Positions 9,235-17,230 of a stretch of 30,160 bases of DNA are shown one piece after another. The DNA is from a virus (Duplodnaviria > Caudoviricetes): positions 1 to 30,160 of the IMG/VR virus record IMGVR_UViG_3300025892_000094; one strand, 5' to 3'. The translations under genes and the position numbers were made by a program. Below the pieces are notes generated by a model. That model was not told where the DNA came from. It searched no databases and worked only from the letters and a program-made list of their open reading frames with translations. The number at the start of each line of letters is the position of its first letter. Within the stretch, counting starts at the first letter, position 1.

Positions 9235-10210
9235 CGAAATAAAAAATAACCCGTCAAAACCAACAGAGTTAAATGACCATGTGTTAGTAATAGATGGTCT
9301 AAATAACTTTATCAGATGCTTTAGTGCTATTCCTATGATGAGTGACAATGGTTATCACGTAGGGGGGATGATAGGATTCTTGAGGTCGTTGAGTTATGTA
9401 ATAAGACTTATACAACCTACAAGAATCCTAATAGTCTTCGATGGTAAAGGTGGTTCACAGAAACGAAGAAAACTCTACCCTGAATACAAAGCAAACCGTG
9501 CTTTTAAATCTAAACTAAATCGTAAAGTAGAGTTTACTAAAGATGGCGGTGAAAGACAATCTATGATACAACAGATGTCAAGATTGATGGAGTACTTAGA
9601 ATGTTTACCTGTACAAACTTTTTCTCTTGACAATATGGAGGCAGATGATGTAATTTCATACGTAGCAAACAAAGGAAATTTCAGCCGTTGTACTATAATG
9701 TCTACAGACAAAGACTTTCTACAATTAGTAGATGACAGAATAAATGTTTATAGCCCTTCAAAGAAGAAGTTGTACACTACTGAAACTTTAATGGAAGAGT
9801 ATGATATACATCCTGAAAACTTCTTGATGTACAGAATGGTTGATGGTGATAAATCTGATAATATTCCAGGTGTACGAGGCATCGGATTGAAAACGTTAAT
9901 GAAGATATGTCCTGAAATGGCTACTGAACCTGTTTCATTAAAAGAATTGGTTAGTAGAGATAACAGGTTATCAGATAATTTAGACATTTTAAAAAGAAAT
10001 TTTGAATTAATGGATTTGAGAGAGATAATTATAAGTGGCAGTGCGAAACAAAAAATTCTTGATTTTGTTGACAATCGGCCACATCACTTAAATAGTTATA
10101 AATTTCGACAAATGTATATTGAAGACGGATTTTCTAATGAGATAAAAAACTTAGAAGTGTGGTTACGTGAAAGTTGGGCTTCATTAGATATTCTTACGAG
10201 AAATGGGTAG
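9206..10210 (+). CDS. 5'-3' exonuclease/flap endonuclease (T4 RNase H, PolI N-terminal-like)
   Basis: LVIDGLN, VFDG, RRKLYPEYKANR, EADDVI, STDKDFLQL, GDKSDNIPGVRGIGLKT. Confidence 0.93.
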   Translation: MKKRYLSLFDEIKNNPSKPTELNDHVLVIDGLNNFIRCFSAIPMMSDNGYHVGGMIGFLRSLSYVIRLIQPTRILIVFDGKGGSQKRRKLYPEYKANRAFKSKLNRKVEFTKDGGERQSMIQQMSRLMEYLECLPVQTFSLDNMEADDVISYVANKGNFSRCTIMSTDKDFLQLVDDRINVYSPSKKKLYTTETLMEEYDIHPENFLMYRMVDGDKSDNIPGVRGIGLKTLMKICPEMATEPVSLKELVSRDNRLSDNLDILKRNFELMDLREIIISGSAKQKILDFVDNRPHHLNSYKFRQMYIEDGFSNEIKNLEVWLRESWASLDILTRNG

Positions 10211-10370
10211 AAAAATAAAATATAAAACAGACGAAGAACGAAGAGCCGCTCAATTAAAGTGGTCTCAAAACTATTATTTAAAAAATAGGCATAGAGTTTT
10301 GGATAAAGCAAGACAACGATATCAAAGTAAAAAAAATCAAAAATTAAAAAAGGAACTTTATGGCGAATAA
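10203..10370 (+). CDS. Small basic hypothetical protein (55 aa), absent from ORF track
   Basis: Translated by hand: MGRKIKYKTDEERRAAQLKWSQNYYLKNRHRVLDKARQRYQSKKNQKLKKELYGE*. Fills the gap and overlaps both neighbours. Confidence 0.7.
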   Translation: MGRKIKYKTDEERRAAQLKWSQNYYLKNRHRVLDKARQRYQSKKNQKLKKELYGE

Positions 10371-11742
10371 AGAAAACTTAAATCAATATAGCCCTACGTT
10401 TCAATCGAAAGTAGTGTCTTCTTTATTAAGTGACAATACATTCACAGCACAAATTTCTGATATTATGAATCCTGACTATTTTGAATCAGATTCAAATAAG
10501 TTTTTAGTAAAGACTATAATGGCATATTTTATAGAGTATAAAAATGTCCCTACACTTGAAGTATTAAAAGTTAAAACAGATGAAATAGGTAACGATGTTT
10601 TAAAAGTAGCAGTAGTAGAAAGTTTAAAAGAATCTTGGCGACATATAGAAGCTACAGATTTAGAATTTGTTAAAGAACAAGTACTTGGATTTTGTAAAAA
10701 TCAAACATTAAAAAATGCTATTATAGAGAGTGTAGATTTACTTGAAGGTAAAGATTATGATAGTATAAAAAGAATTATAGATGATGCTTTAAGAGCAGGT
10801 ACTGATAGAAATCTTGGACACGAGTATTTAATTTCACTTGAAGAGAGATTGAATCAATCAGCACGTGATACGGTAAAAACAGGTTGGGATACTATTGATG
10901 AAGTTATGGATGGTGGATTGGCAGGCGGAGAGTTAGGTGTTGTTGTAGCACCCGCAGGTATCGGTAAGTCTTGGACTCTTCAAGCATTAGGTGCTAATTG
11001 TGTTCGAGCAGGATTGAGTGTAGCACACTACACATTAGAATTAAATGCTGAGTATGTTGGTTTGAGATACGATACAATATTTTCAGGAGTCCCTACAGGA
11101 AATCTAAAGTTTTATCAAGATGATGTTCAAAAGAAATTAGATGCGATAAAAGGTTACTTACTAATAAAGTATTATCCTACAAGAACTGCTTCTGTTCAAA
11201 CACTCGCGGCACATATTAAACAAATGGAATTACAAGGAAAACTTCCTGATATGATTATTGTAGATTATGCTGATATATTAAAGCCGATAGGTAACTTTAC
11301 AGAAAGACGACATCAACTTGGTAACATATATGAAGACTTGAGAGGCATGGCAGGAGAATTTGGAGTTCCAATATGGACTGCTTCTCAAGCAAATCGTTCA
11401 GCACTTGAAGAAGATGTTATTGACGCAAGTAAGGTAGCTGAAGATTATAGTAAAGTAATGACTGCTGACTTCGTTATCAGTATGAGTCGTAAAGTAGAAG
11501 ATAAGATAGCAAACACAGGCAGATTTCACGTAATTAAAAATAGATTTGGTGTCGATGGTATTACGTTTCCCGCAACTATAAATACTAATACAGGACACAT
11601 TCAAATATTCGACAAACAGACACAGCAAGGACAGAACGTACAAGGTAAAATGAATAATCACGATGAGTTTTTAAGAAAATCATTAGGTCAGAAATATAAA
11701 GACTATAAAACTAACAATAATGATATGAAAGGCTTTGATTAA
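10360..11742 (+). CDS. Replicative DNA helicase, DnaB/T4 gp41-like (SF4)
   Basis: TGWDTID, GGLAGGELGVVVAPAGIGKS (Walker A), HYTLE, IIVDYAD, IWTASQANR, KNRFG. Confidence 0.93.
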   Translation: MANKENLNQYSPTFQSKVVSSLLSDNTFTAQISDIMNPDYFESDSNKFLVKTIMAYFIEYKNVPTLEVLKVKTDEIGNDVLKVAVVESLKESWRHIEATDLEFVKEQVLGFCKNQTLKNAIIESVDLLEGKDYDSIKRIIDDALRAGTDRNLGHEYLISLEERLNQSARDTVKTGWDTIDEVMDGGLAGGELGVVVAPAGIGKSWTLQALGANCVRAGLSVAHYTLELNAEYVGLRYDTIFSGVPTGNLKFYQDDVQKKLDAIKGYLLIKYYPTRTASVQTLAAHIKQMELQGKLPDMIIVDYADILKPIGNFTERRHQLGNIYEDLRGMAGEFGVPIWTASQANRSALEEDVIDASKVAEDYSKVMTADFVISMSRKVEDKIANTGRFHVIKNRFGVDGITFPATINTNTGHIQIFDKQTQQGQNVQGKMNNHDEFLRKSLGQKYKDYKTNNNDMKGFD

Positions 11743-11801
11743 AATGTGTATATATTCTAATTATATTTGTTACGATTTAAAAGACTAATAAGGATACAGA
11801 A

Positions 11802-13811
11802 ATGGAAAAATTTAAACTCTCAGAAAATTTTATTAACGGATACAAACGCAAAAAGGCACCATTCGGTTTTAACGGATTAGGTGAATTAGTTTATATGCGA
11901 ACCTACTCACGAATCAAAGAAAATGGTAAAAATGAACGATGGTGGGAAACGGTACAACGAGTCGTAGAGGGAACTTACTCTATGCAAAAAGATTGGATTG
12001 AATCACACCAATTAGGGTGGAATGCGTGGCAAGCTCAAAAGTCTGCTCAAGAAATGTATGAGCGAATTTTTACAATGAAATTCTTGCCTCCTGGACGCGG
12101 TCTGTGGGCTATGGGTACACCTATCACAGAAGAAAAAGGATTATACGCCGCCCTAAATAATTGTGCATTTGTATCGACAAAAACACTAAAAGAAGACTAT
12201 GCTAAACCATTTACATTTTTAATGGATGCAAGTATGTTAGGTGTTGGAGTTGGATTTGATACAAAGGGTGCAGGAGAGATAGTAGTTAAAGGCATTGACA
12301 AAAAGAAAAATGAACAAGTATTTCAAATACCTGATACTCGTGAAGGTTGGGTTGAGTCGATGAAACTATTATTAGAAAGTTATTTTCATGGTCAAGGTAA
12401 AATGAAATTTGATTACTCAAAGATAAGACTTGCGGGAGAACCGATAAGTGGTTTCGGTGGAGTAGCAAGTGGACCTGACCCGTTAGAAGAAGTTCATAAT
12501 AGTATCTCTGAAGTTTTAGAAAAGAATAGTGGAAAAGATATTACAATTACAACAATCGTAGATATAATGAATCTAATCGGTAAATGTGTTGTAGCAGGTA
12601 ATGTTAGAAGAACTGCTGAGATTGTATTTGGTGAGCCGGACAATGAAGAGTATTTAGATTTAAAGAATTATAAAGTTAATCCACATCGTGACCAATATGG
12701 TTGGACATCTAACAATAGTATATTTGCTGAGTTAGGAATGGATTATACAGAAGCAGCAAAAAGAATTAATGATAATGGAGAACCAGGATTTGCTTGGTTG
12801 GACAATATGAGGAAGTATTCAAGAATGAAAAATGGGGGTGATGATAAAGACCATAGAGCTATGGGTGGTAATCCTTGTTTAGAGCAGACACTTGAATCTT
12901 ACGAGTTATGTTGTTTAGTAGAAACGTTTCCTGACAATCACGAAGACTTTGACGATTATGCACGTACCCTAAAATATGCGTATCTATATGCAAAGACGGT
13001 TACATTAGGTAGAACTCATTGGAGTGATACAAATCGTGTGATGTTAAGAAACAGAAGAATTGGTTGTAGTGTAAGTGGTGTAGCTCAGTTTATTACTAAT
13101 CGTGGATTAGATGAACTGAAGAATTGGTTAAACGATGGTTACGATGTTATTCAAGCTTGGGATAAACAATATTCTGATTGGATGGCTGTACCTAATTCTA
13201 TAAAGACTACAAGTGTTAAACCGAGTGGAACGGTTTCATTATTAGCAGGCGCTACACCTGGTCTCCATTATCCTGAATCAAGATTTTATAAAAGAAGAAT
13301 GAGAATATCAAAACATTCAGATTTATTAGAACCTATGAAAAAAGCAGGTTATCATATAGAACCAGCATTTGGTTCTGAAGACACAACAATGGTTGTAGAA
13401 GTTCCTGTTGATGTTGGTGAGAATATCAAAACAGCAGGAGAACTTTCAATATGGGAACAATTCTCTTTAGCAGCATTTATGCAAAGACATTGGGCTGATA
13501 ATCAAGTTAGTTGTACGGTAACGTTCAATCCTGAAACAGAATCAGAACAAATTGCCCCTTGTTTGAATTATTATCAATATCAGTTAAAAGGCATAAGTTT
13601 GCTACCAAGACACGAATTAGGTGCTTACAAACAGATGCCTTACGAAGCTATTGATGAGAAGACTTATCAAAAAGAGGTTTCGAAAATCGGTAAGCTATCA
13701 TTTGGTGTAATTAAGAATGAAGAAGCAGATGTAGATAAATTCTGTAATAATGATTCTTGTGAAATTATTCCAATGACAGGTGATAACGATGACCAAGACT
13801 ATGCAAATTAA
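11802..13811 (+). CDS. nrdJ: Class II adenosylcobalamin-dependent ribonucleotide reductase, monomeric RTPR type
   Basis: RTYSR, PPGRGLW, NNCAF, GNVRRTAE, NPCLEQ active-site loop, TSVKPSGTVS, C-terminal redox cysteines FCNNDSC. No small-subunit gene adjacent. Confidence 0.92.
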   Translation: MEKFKLSENFINGYKRKKAPFGFNGLGELVYMRTYSRIKENGKNERWWETVQRVVEGTYSMQKDWIESHQLGWNAWQAQKSAQEMYERIFTMKFLPPGRGLWAMGTPITEEKGLYAALNNCAFVSTKTLKEDYAKPFTFLMDASMLGVGVGFDTKGAGEIVVKGIDKKKNEQVFQIPDTREGWVESMKLLLESYFHGQGKMKFDYSKIRLAGEPISGFGGVASGPDPLEEVHNSISEVLEKNSGKDITITTIVDIMNLIGKCVVAGNVRRTAEIVFGEPDNEEYLDLKNYKVNPHRDQYGWTSNNSIFAELGMDYTEAAKRINDNGEPGFAWLDNMRKYSRMKNGGDDKDHRAMGGNPCLEQTLESYELCCLVETFPDNHEDFDDYARTLKYAYLYAKTVTLGRTHWSDTNRVMLRNRRIGCSVSGVAQFITNRGLDELKNWLNDGYDVIQAWDKQYSDWMAVPNSIKTTSVKPSGTVSLLAGATPGLHYPESRFYKRRMRISKHSDLLEPMKKAGYHIEPAFGSEDTTMVVEVPVDVGENIKTAGELSIWEQFSLAAFMQRHWADNQVSCTVTFNPETESEQIAPCLNYYQYQLKGISLLPRHELGAYKQMPYEAIDEKTYQKEVSKIGKLSFGVIKNEEADVDKFCNNDSCEIIPMTGDNDDQDYAN

Positions 13812-13821
13812 TAAAAAGCGG

Positions 13822-13855
13822 ACAGGCAGACGGCACACCTGTAGAAAAATGTGCC
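13822..13855 (+). ncRNA. Predicted H-type pseudoknot, candidate cis-regulatory RNA
   Basis: S1 ACAGG (13822-26) / CCTGT (13838-42); S2 GGCACA (13832-37) / TGTGCC (13850-55); L1 CAGAC, L2 zero, L3 AGAAAAA. All pairs Watson-Crick. Confidence 0.6.
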
Positions 13856-13885
13856 AATGTTCAACACAACAATAGGAGAATGATT

Positions 13886-16615
13886 ATGACTTATCGTAAT
13901 CTAATCTCAGTATTAATGATGTCTTTTAGCCTTGTTTTCGGACAAGCAGTTACAGGATATGTTGGTACTGAAGATGGTCCACTCGTTGGAGCGAATGTAG
14001 TTGTTGAAGGAACTGAACTTGGTGGAGTAAGTGACGATGAAGGAAAATTCGTTATTGAAACAGGTTCAGGTAACTTTGATATTACTGCATCGTACATCGG
14101 GTTCATCGCCCAAACTCAAAAAGTAGAGATTGGCGATATAGTTGCTTCAGTTAGTTTCAATTTAGAAGCTGATGTAGTAGCGATGTCGGCACTTGAAGTT
14201 TTAGCTTCAAGAGCTGATGAAACAACACCTGTTGCTTACACTAATATTAGTAAAGAAGAGATGGAAATCAGACTTGGTAGTCAAGATATTCCAATGATTC
14301 TTAATACTACACCAAGTGTATATGCAACTAACCAAGGCGGAGGTGCGGGTGATGCTCGTATCAATGTACGTGGTTTCAACCAAAGAAATGTTGCTGTGAT
14401 GATAAACGGTGTTCCTCAGAATGATATGGAGAACGGATGGGTTTATTGGTCTAATTGGGACGGAGTAGGTGATGCTACTTCTTCAATTCAGATGCAAAGA
14501 GGTCTATCAGCTGTTAATCTCGCAACACCATCAATTGGTGGAACTATGAATATTATCACAGACCCTGCAGCGCAGGAGAAAGGTGGTAAGTTCAAACAAG
14601 AAGTAGGTGAGGGAGGATTTCTTAAATCTACTATTAACTATAACTCAGGTCTTATCAATGATAAGTTAGCTTTGAGTGGAACTATAGTTAGAAAAACCGG
14701 TGATGGATTCATTGACGGAACTTGGACAGATGCGTGGGCTTACTATGCAGGTGCAAGTTATGCCGTTAGTGATAAACAACGATTCGAGTTGTATGGAATC
14801 GGTGCACCACAAAGACACGGACAGAACTTATATAAGCAAAATATTGCTACTTACTCTCAAGAGTTAGCAGGTAGTATTGATGGTTATAATGATTCTGCGT
14901 ATGTTTCAGGCGAGAAGTTTGAAACTGAAGCAGGTAGGTTCTATAATCAGAATGTCGCTCCTGTAGACCCTTCTTATAAAGGTAAACAATACTTTTATAT
15001 GTATGGTGATAAAACACAGGATAGATATAGTTCTGATTTCTTAAATGAAAGAGAGAATTTCTTTCATAAGCCTCTCGTTAACTTGAATCACTTTCTTGAT
15101 ATCAATGACGATATGAGGTTAAGTTCAGTAGCATATTGGAGCGGTGGTTCCGGTGGTGGTACAGGAACTTATGGTAGCGTAAGTAGGATGCCCGCGATAG
15201 AAGGAAGCCCTTGGTATGCAAGTTCACCTTGGACTTGGGATTGGAATGCTGAAATAGCACAGAACTCTGCTAATGTAGATTCTTCTTTTTCAGACACAGA
15301 AAATCGTTCAACAGGTATACTTCGTAATTCAATCAACAGACAGAACACTTATGGTTTAATTTCAAAGTTAAACTATGATGTATCAGACGAACTTGAAGTT
15401 CAAGTTGGTATTGATTGGAGAACAGCCGGTATTGAACACGCTCGTGAAGTTCGTGATTTACTCGGCGGTGACTACTATGTAGACTATGCTGATGACAATG
15501 CTCCTGACGGAAAGAAAGTTGGTTTAGGCGACATAATTGCTTATCACAACGAAACAACGGTTGATTGGTTTGGTGCTTTCTTACAAGGTAAGTATGATGT
15601 TGAGAAGTTCAGTTTATATGGTATGGGTGGAATATCTACTATTGGATATACTTATCAAGACCATTTCTCTGTAGAGAAAGAACTTGTCGAAGCAGATGCA
15701 ATCACAACATTTCAAGTTAAAGGTGGTGGTAGATTCAATCTTGATGATAGACTATCAGCATTTGCTAATCTTGGATATGTTCAGAAGCCACCAATCTTAG
15801 ATAACGTTATCGATTATAATGGTAATGTTTCTCAGAATCCTGATAACGAGAAATTCACATCAATGGAAATTGGTGGTGAATATAATAGTGGGTTAGTGTC
15901 TATCAAGGGTAGTTATTATAACACTCAATGGAAAGACAGAAACCTAACTAAGTCTGTTACTACAGGACAAGGTGACTCAGGTGATACTGACATCATTTAT
16001 CTTACAGGTGTAAATCAATCACACTCAGGTGTAGAGATTGAGTCTAAAGTGGCTCTTCACGAAATGGTTGATGTTGACTTCATCGTAAGTTTAGGTGATT
16101 GGTATTTCGATGGAGATGCTAATGGTGACTATACTGAGATGGAATACAATGATGATAATCAAATCATTGGTCAAACATCTACTGAGTATAGATATGCTCT
16201 TGACAAACTAATGGTTGGTGATATGCCACAGACATCTTATGTTGGTGGTCTTACACTAAAACCAATAGATGGTTTAAGAGTACAAGGTCTGTACAAGTGG
16301 TATGATAATCACTTTTCAGATTGGTCTCCTGATAGTCGTGAAGTTGATGGTGACGCAGATAGAGCGCAAGTATGGAAAACTCCATCTTATGGTAAGTTAG
16401 ACTTACACGCTTCTTATAAGTTACCTGAGATAGCAGGACTTGATATGACTATATCAGCTCATATGTTCAACGCACTTGATGGTGTTTATGTTCAAGATGC
16501 TGTTGATAATTCAAAGTATAATGGGTATGGTGACAAAGTTCACGCTCCTCATAATGCTGAAGTATTCTTGGGTACACCAAGACACTTCAATATTGGCTTA
16601 GCAGTCAATTTCTAA
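13886..16615 (+). CDS. TonB-dependent outer-membrane receptor with N-terminal carboxypeptidase-regulatory-like extension
   Basis: Signal peptide, PLVGANVVVEGT..G..SD..GKF extension, TonB-box-like LEVLASRA, plug motif INVRGF...VMINGVP, C-terminal FNIGLAVNF beta-signal. AGGAG at 13874-78 favours ATG 13886 over 13880. Confidence 0.92.
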   Translation: MTYRNLISVLMMSFSLVFGQAVTGYVGTEDGPLVGANVVVEGTELGGVSDDEGKFVIETGSGNFDITASYIGFIAQTQKVEIGDIVASVSFNLEADVVAMSALEVLASRADETTPVAYTNISKEEMEIRLGSQDIPMILNTTPSVYATNQGGGAGDARINVRGFNQRNVAVMINGVPQNDMENGWVYWSNWDGVGDATSSIQMQRGLSAVNLATPSIGGTMNIITDPAAQEKGGKFKQEVGEGGFLKSTINYNSGLINDKLALSGTIVRKTGDGFIDGTWTDAWAYYAGASYAVSDKQRFELYGIGAPQRHGQNLYKQNIATYSQELAGSIDGYNDSAYVSGEKFETEAGRFYNQNVAPVDPSYKGKQYFYMYGDKTQDRYSSDFLNERENFFHKPLVNLNHFLDINDDMRLSSVAYWSGGSGGGTGTYGSVSRMPAIEGSPWYASSPWTWDWNAEIAQNSANVDSSFSDTENRSTGILRNSINRQNTYGLISKLNYDVSDELEVQVGIDWRTAGIEHAREVRDLLGGDYYVDYADDNAPDGKKVGLGDIIAYHNETTVDWFGAFLQGKYDVEKFSLYGMGGISTIGYTYQDHFSVEKELVEADAITTFQVKGGGRFNLDDRLSAFANLGYVQKPPILDNVIDYNGNVSQNPDNEKFTSMEIGGEYNSGLVSIKGSYYNTQWKDRNLTKSVTTGQGDSGDTDIIYLTGVNQSHSGVEIESKVALHEMVDVDFIVSLGDWYFDGDANGDYTEMEYNDDNQIIGQTSTEYRYALDKLMVGDMPQTSYVGGLTLKPIDGLRVQGLYKWYDNHFSDWSPDSREVDGDADRAQVWKTPSYGKLDLHASYKLPEIAGLDMTISAHMFNALDGVYVQDAVDNSKYNGYGDKVHAPHNAEVFLGTPRHFNIGLAVNF

Positions 16616-16619
16616 AATG

Positions 16620-16654
16620 ATAAATCGGGGGGATTAATTTCCCCCCATTTATTT
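16620..16654 (+). terminator. Intrinsic (Rho-independent) terminator after the TonB-dependent receptor
   Basis: GGGGGGA-TTAATT-TCCCCCC stem (16627-16646) followed by ATTTATTT. Confidence 0.8.
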
Positions 16655-16665
16655 CAAAAAAACAC

Positions 16666-16694
16666 TTGACCTTTAAAGGTTTTCTTCGTAAGTT
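16666..16694 (+). promoter_or_regulatory. Sigma70-type promoter for the dut-polB-clamp operon, overlapped by a palindrome
   Basis: A-tract, TTGACC (16666-71), 17 nt, TAAGTT (16689-94). Same ACTTGAC context as the promoter at 2284-2290. Perfect palindrome ACCTTTAAAGGT at 16669-16680. Confidence 0.6.
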
Positions 16695-16720
16695 TAAACG
16701 TAAATTGAGAGAGTATAATT

Positions 16721-17230
16721 ATGAATACACTAAGAATTAAAGTCTTGGATGAATCTTTAGAACCACTATATAAAAAAAGAGTAAACGTAGAAGGCGATGC
16801 GGGTGTAGATTTATATTTTCCTGAAGAAGTCGTTGTGCCAGGAAAAACATTAGGAATGAAAATAGATTTAAAGATACAAGCAGAGATGTGCCAAGCAGTT
16901 AATAAACAACTAACACAAAACATACCACCCGAAATGTTACAAGGAATGAATATAGAAGACAGGTATTTATCTTATAAAGTCGTTCCACGTTCTTCAATAA
17001 TAAAGACTCCTTTGAGAATGGCTAATTCTGTAGGTATAATGGATGCGGGTTATAGAGGAAACTATATGGTCCCTGTAGATAACTTATCAGATGAAGATTT
17101 TATTATTGAAAAACATACAAGACTTTTTCAAGTAGTAGGAGCTAATTTAGATTTTATTAATGTAGAGTTAGTAAACACATTAAGTAATTCAAAACGTGGT
17201 GACGGTGGCTTTGGCTCGACAGGCAATTAA
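16721..17230 (+). CDS. dut: Trimeric dUTPase
   Basis: Five motifs: DAGVDL, PRSS, GIMDAGYRG, RLFQ, RGDGGFGSTG. Confidence 0.95.
   Translation: MNTLRIKVLDESLEPLYKKRVNVEGDAGVDLYFPEEVVVPGKTLGMKIDLKIQAEMCQAVNKQLTQNIPPEMLQGMNIEDRYLSYKVVPRSSIIKTPLRMANSVGIMDAGYRGNYMVPVDNLSDEDFIIEKHTRLFQVVGANLDFINVELVNTLSNSKRGDGGFGSTGN

Noticed and set aside
11734-11769. Bacteroidota-type promoter (TTTG...TATATTTG) or NrdR box before nrdJ
   Set aside because: The spacer is 24 nt, longer than the usual 19-21; the NrdR-box match is poor; AT-rich chance matches are likely.
13809-13855. Stop-codon readthrough or frameshift fusing NrdJ to the receptor via the pseudoknot
   Set aside because: nrdJ ends in tandem TAA TAA with no slippery heptamer before the stop, and the receptor has its own SD and signal peptide.
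13812-13885. Canonical cobalamin riboswitch or preQ1-I riboswitch
   Set aside because: The gap is too short and lacks a B12 box; the loop lacks the conserved preQ1-I nucleotides as I recall them. Kept only as an unclassified pseudoknot.
16889-16963. Insertion of roughly 25 aa in dUTPase between motifs 1 and 2
   Set aside because: Variable loops are common in phage dUTPases and all five motifs are intact; no basis for a special claim.
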